Positions 62,444-64,000 of a DNA stretch of 64,000 bases are shown in pieces. The first letter of the stretch is position 1. Each line of letters begins with the position of its first letter. Source of the stretch: a virus. The notes below the pieces were generated by a model that saw nothing but the letters and a program-made list of their open reading frames with translations, was not told where the DNA came from and did not search any database. The position numbers and the translations under genes were made by a program. The stretch spans positions 8,306 to 72,305 of IMG/VR virus record IMGVR_UViG_3300032282_001105. One strand, given 5' to 3'.

Positions 62444-63346
62444 TAGTTCTGGATATTGTGTGAAGAATCTATCAATTTCATACTGAGTAGCGTAAGGTGG
62501 ATATCCAAACTGAGTCCATCTACTAGGATCATATGGTAATCGTTTAATAGTTCCATCAGGGTTAGCTACTTGGTCATAGTACGGTTTATTGAAATCGTAC
62601 CAAGAAGAATGACTATTCATTTTTTTATTTAATGTTGCATCTATGTTTGCACTAGCGTGATGAATTTTTAAATGAAATTTACCATCACTTTTAATATTAA
62701 ACGTTTCTATATTTACACCTATTATTTTATTATACGAATAGAATTGTGATTGTTGTGATTGAATATTTAAAAGATATGGAATATTAATGTGGCTAAATTT
62801 ATTGGTATATTTTAAATATATCATAAATTCAAAATCATCAAAGTGAGTAACAACATAGTTGTCATCAAAGTAACAATCTTTTTCATACATTGCTTGAGGA
62901 TTGAATCCTACTAAATTACCTAAATTATGTAAATCGTGTTTGAACACATCCATTGGTTCAGGTCTATTCCAAAAGTTCCATAGTTGTTGTGGCCAACATC
63001 CGAATGTTGTTGATCCATAATGTTTTGCAAAATCACTAGTTATAATTAACGGTGTAGCATTATCCATTTCAACATCAGCTTGCATTAAAACAGCATGGTC
63101 TAGGCCCATCTTTTGTGCTACTTTAAATATCCAATTATATCCACCAGCAGATCCTATATTATATTCACTGGCATAGTAAATCATATCATTAACCTTACAC
63201 CAATATTTCATTAGAGGTTGGTTACCATTGTCTAACACAACAAATTTAATATTATTGGTTTTGAAATGCTCCTGTACAAATTTTACAGGATAAAATTGCC
63301 ACCATAATAGTTGTTCGTTATAGGTTAATAAAAATACATAAATCAT
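62426..63346 (-). CDS. GT2-like glycosyltransferase
   Basis: VFLLTYN, VVLDNG, NIGSAGGYN, MQADVE, FDDNY...FDDFEF. TAAATA on the minus strand at 63359-63354. Confidence 0.7.
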   Translation of the reverse strand: MIYVFLLTYNEQLLWWQFYPVKFVQEHFKTNNIKFVVLDNGNQPLMKYWCKVNDMIYYASEYNIGSAGGYNWIFKVAQKMGLDHAVLMQADVEMDNATPLIITSDFAKHYGSTTFGCWPQQLWNFWNRPEPMDVFKHDLHNLGNLVGFNPQAMYEKDCYFDDNYVVTHFDDFEFMIYLKYTNKFSHINIPYLLNIQSQQSQFYSYNKIIGVNIETFNIKSDGKFHLKIHHASANIDATLNKKMNSHSSWYDFNKPYYDQVANPDGTIKRLPYDPSRWTQFGYPPYATQYEIDRFFTQYPELLKVES

Positions 63347-63372
63347 ATTAACTTATTTAGACCCAAAAGTAG

Positions 63373-63401
63373 TTGACCTTAACTAAATACTATGCTATAG
63401 T
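63373..63401 (+). promoter_or_regulatory. sigma70 promoter of ssrA: TTGACC-N17-TATAGT with extended TG, and a nested TAAATA
   Basis: TTGACC 63373-78, TG 63393-94, TATAGT 63396-401; TAAATA at 63384-89 within the spacer. Confidence 0.75.
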
Positions 63402-63405
63402 ATAA

Positions 63406-63472
63406 GTTATTGCTGTATGAAGCAAAGAGAAAAGTGTTCTGGACGGGGGTGCGAATCCCCCCAGGTCCACCA
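63406..63472 (+). ncRNA. ssrA: tmRNA acceptor piece (3' half of a circularly permuted two-piece tmRNA)
   Basis: T-arm GGGGG-TGCGAAT-CCCCC followed by CAGGTCC-A-CCA ending at 63472. The 5' end is estimated from the promoter. Confidence 0.9.
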
Positions 63473-63495
63473 TAAGGAGATTGAATAAATACTAG

Positions 63496-63801
63496 ATGCG
63501 AATACAAGAACTAACCGAATCATTTAACCGTTGTTATGACAAAGCCTGCAAGGCTTATGATTTGGCCAAGTCTAAAGGTTTACATCCTAAACTAATACAA
63601 GTTGCTGGTTACAAAGGTGATGGGTCAAACGCAGACGAAAAGTGGCAAAAATTACCACAAAGAGTTTGGCAACACTATGTAACTGTAATCGGTGATACAG
63701 TATTTGATCCAACTGCCAAACAGTTTGGCCCAGATAAAGAAGTAAAGTATAGTTTAGATAAGTTAGATTCTGAATGGGATTACCAGTATTTTATTAGATA
63801 A
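63496..63801 (+). CDS. Small papain/transglutaminase-fold-like protein nested in the tmRNA intervening segment
   Basis: 101 aa; NRCYD (Cys), WQHYVTV (His), VFDPTAKQF (Asp). TAAATA at 63486-91. Confidence 0.65.
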   Translation: MRIQELTESFNRCYDKACKAYDLAKSKGLHPKLIQVAGYKGDGSNADEKWQKLPQRVWQHYVTVIGDTVFDPTAKQFGPDKEVKYSLDKLDSEWDYQYFIR

Positions 63802-63814
63802 GTCTTTTTATGAT

Positions 63815-64000
63815 GGGCCTGATATAGATTCGACAGGGCAACAAGTAAATTAGTGGACAGCTCGGCAAAGCAGAAGCCGTAGGATTGAGGTAACTCGGTC
63901 GTAGAAGCAAAAAAGAGAAATGCAAATGACTCACAATATTTGGTAGCAGTTAACGCTTGACGCCAAACGAGGTAGTTATACCTTGTAACCAAAAATAGCA
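63815..64000 (+). ncRNA. ssrA: tmRNA coding piece (5' half) with tag reading frame ANDSQYLVAVNA*; may extend past the window
   Basis: GGGCCTG at 63815 pairs with CAGGTCC including the G3.U70 alanine determinant. GATTCGAC D-loop-like motif. CAGGGCA pairs with TGTTCTG (helix 2a). Resume codon GCA at 63922, stop TGA at 63958-60. Confidence 0.9.

Noticed and set aside
34961-63346. Bacterial LPS/antibiotic cluster or eukaryotic giant-virus origin (chimeric contig)
   Set aside because: The island is continuous with phage baseplate genes and shares their late motif and motif-avoidance pattern; no flippase, exporter or NCLDV marker is present.
63441-63472. Stand-alone tRNA gene or attachment-site remnant
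   Set aside because: There is no upstream D or anticodon arm; its acceptor strand pairs perfectly with 63815-63821, identifying a permuted tmRNA.
63780-63992. 70-aa minus-strand ORF
   Set aside because: It is antisense to the tmRNA coding piece and has no protein features.
1-64000. Stop-codon reassignment (none of the called genes appears to end in TAG)
   Set aside because: Very long ORFs are intact under code 11 and genes abut without gaps, so TAG is merely avoided, not recoded.
1-64000. GATC avoidance
   Set aside because: GATC is common in many flanking contexts, unlike CATG.

Overview
AT-rich, densely coding segment of a large (probably jumbo) T4-related myovirus read with standard code 11. 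Left end, minus strand: gp46/SbcC-like ATPase (partial), gp47/SbcD-Mre11 nuclease and a gp55-like late sigma factor, with host sigma70-type promoters. 2.7-34.9 kb: baseplate/tail module (tube-cap-like, LysM/gp53, hub, gp5-like spike, gp25, gp6, a 5717-aa modular protein, a chaperone-bearing fibre) behind TAAATA late-promoter motifs. 35-63.3 kb: a ~28 kb, tightly coupled modification island with several glycosyltransferase-like genes, a methyltransferase, ten tandem radical SAM genes with N-terminal twitch/SPASM-like domains, two SGNH-like proteins, a NodU/CmcH carbamoyltransferase, a 2OG-Fe(II) oxygenase, a 1567-aa repeat/GT-fold protein, an NAD-dependent epimerase/reductase and an NDP-sugar C-methyltransferase. 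Right end: a circularly permuted (two-piece) tmRNA gene whose intervening segment holds a complete ORF with a Cys-His-Asp papain/transglutaminase-like signature. Across the window, CATG and GCWGC appear almost only when they overlap a CC/GG dinucleotide, which may be the footprint of a context-specific DNA modification. All calls come from motif recognition by eye; no searches were run.
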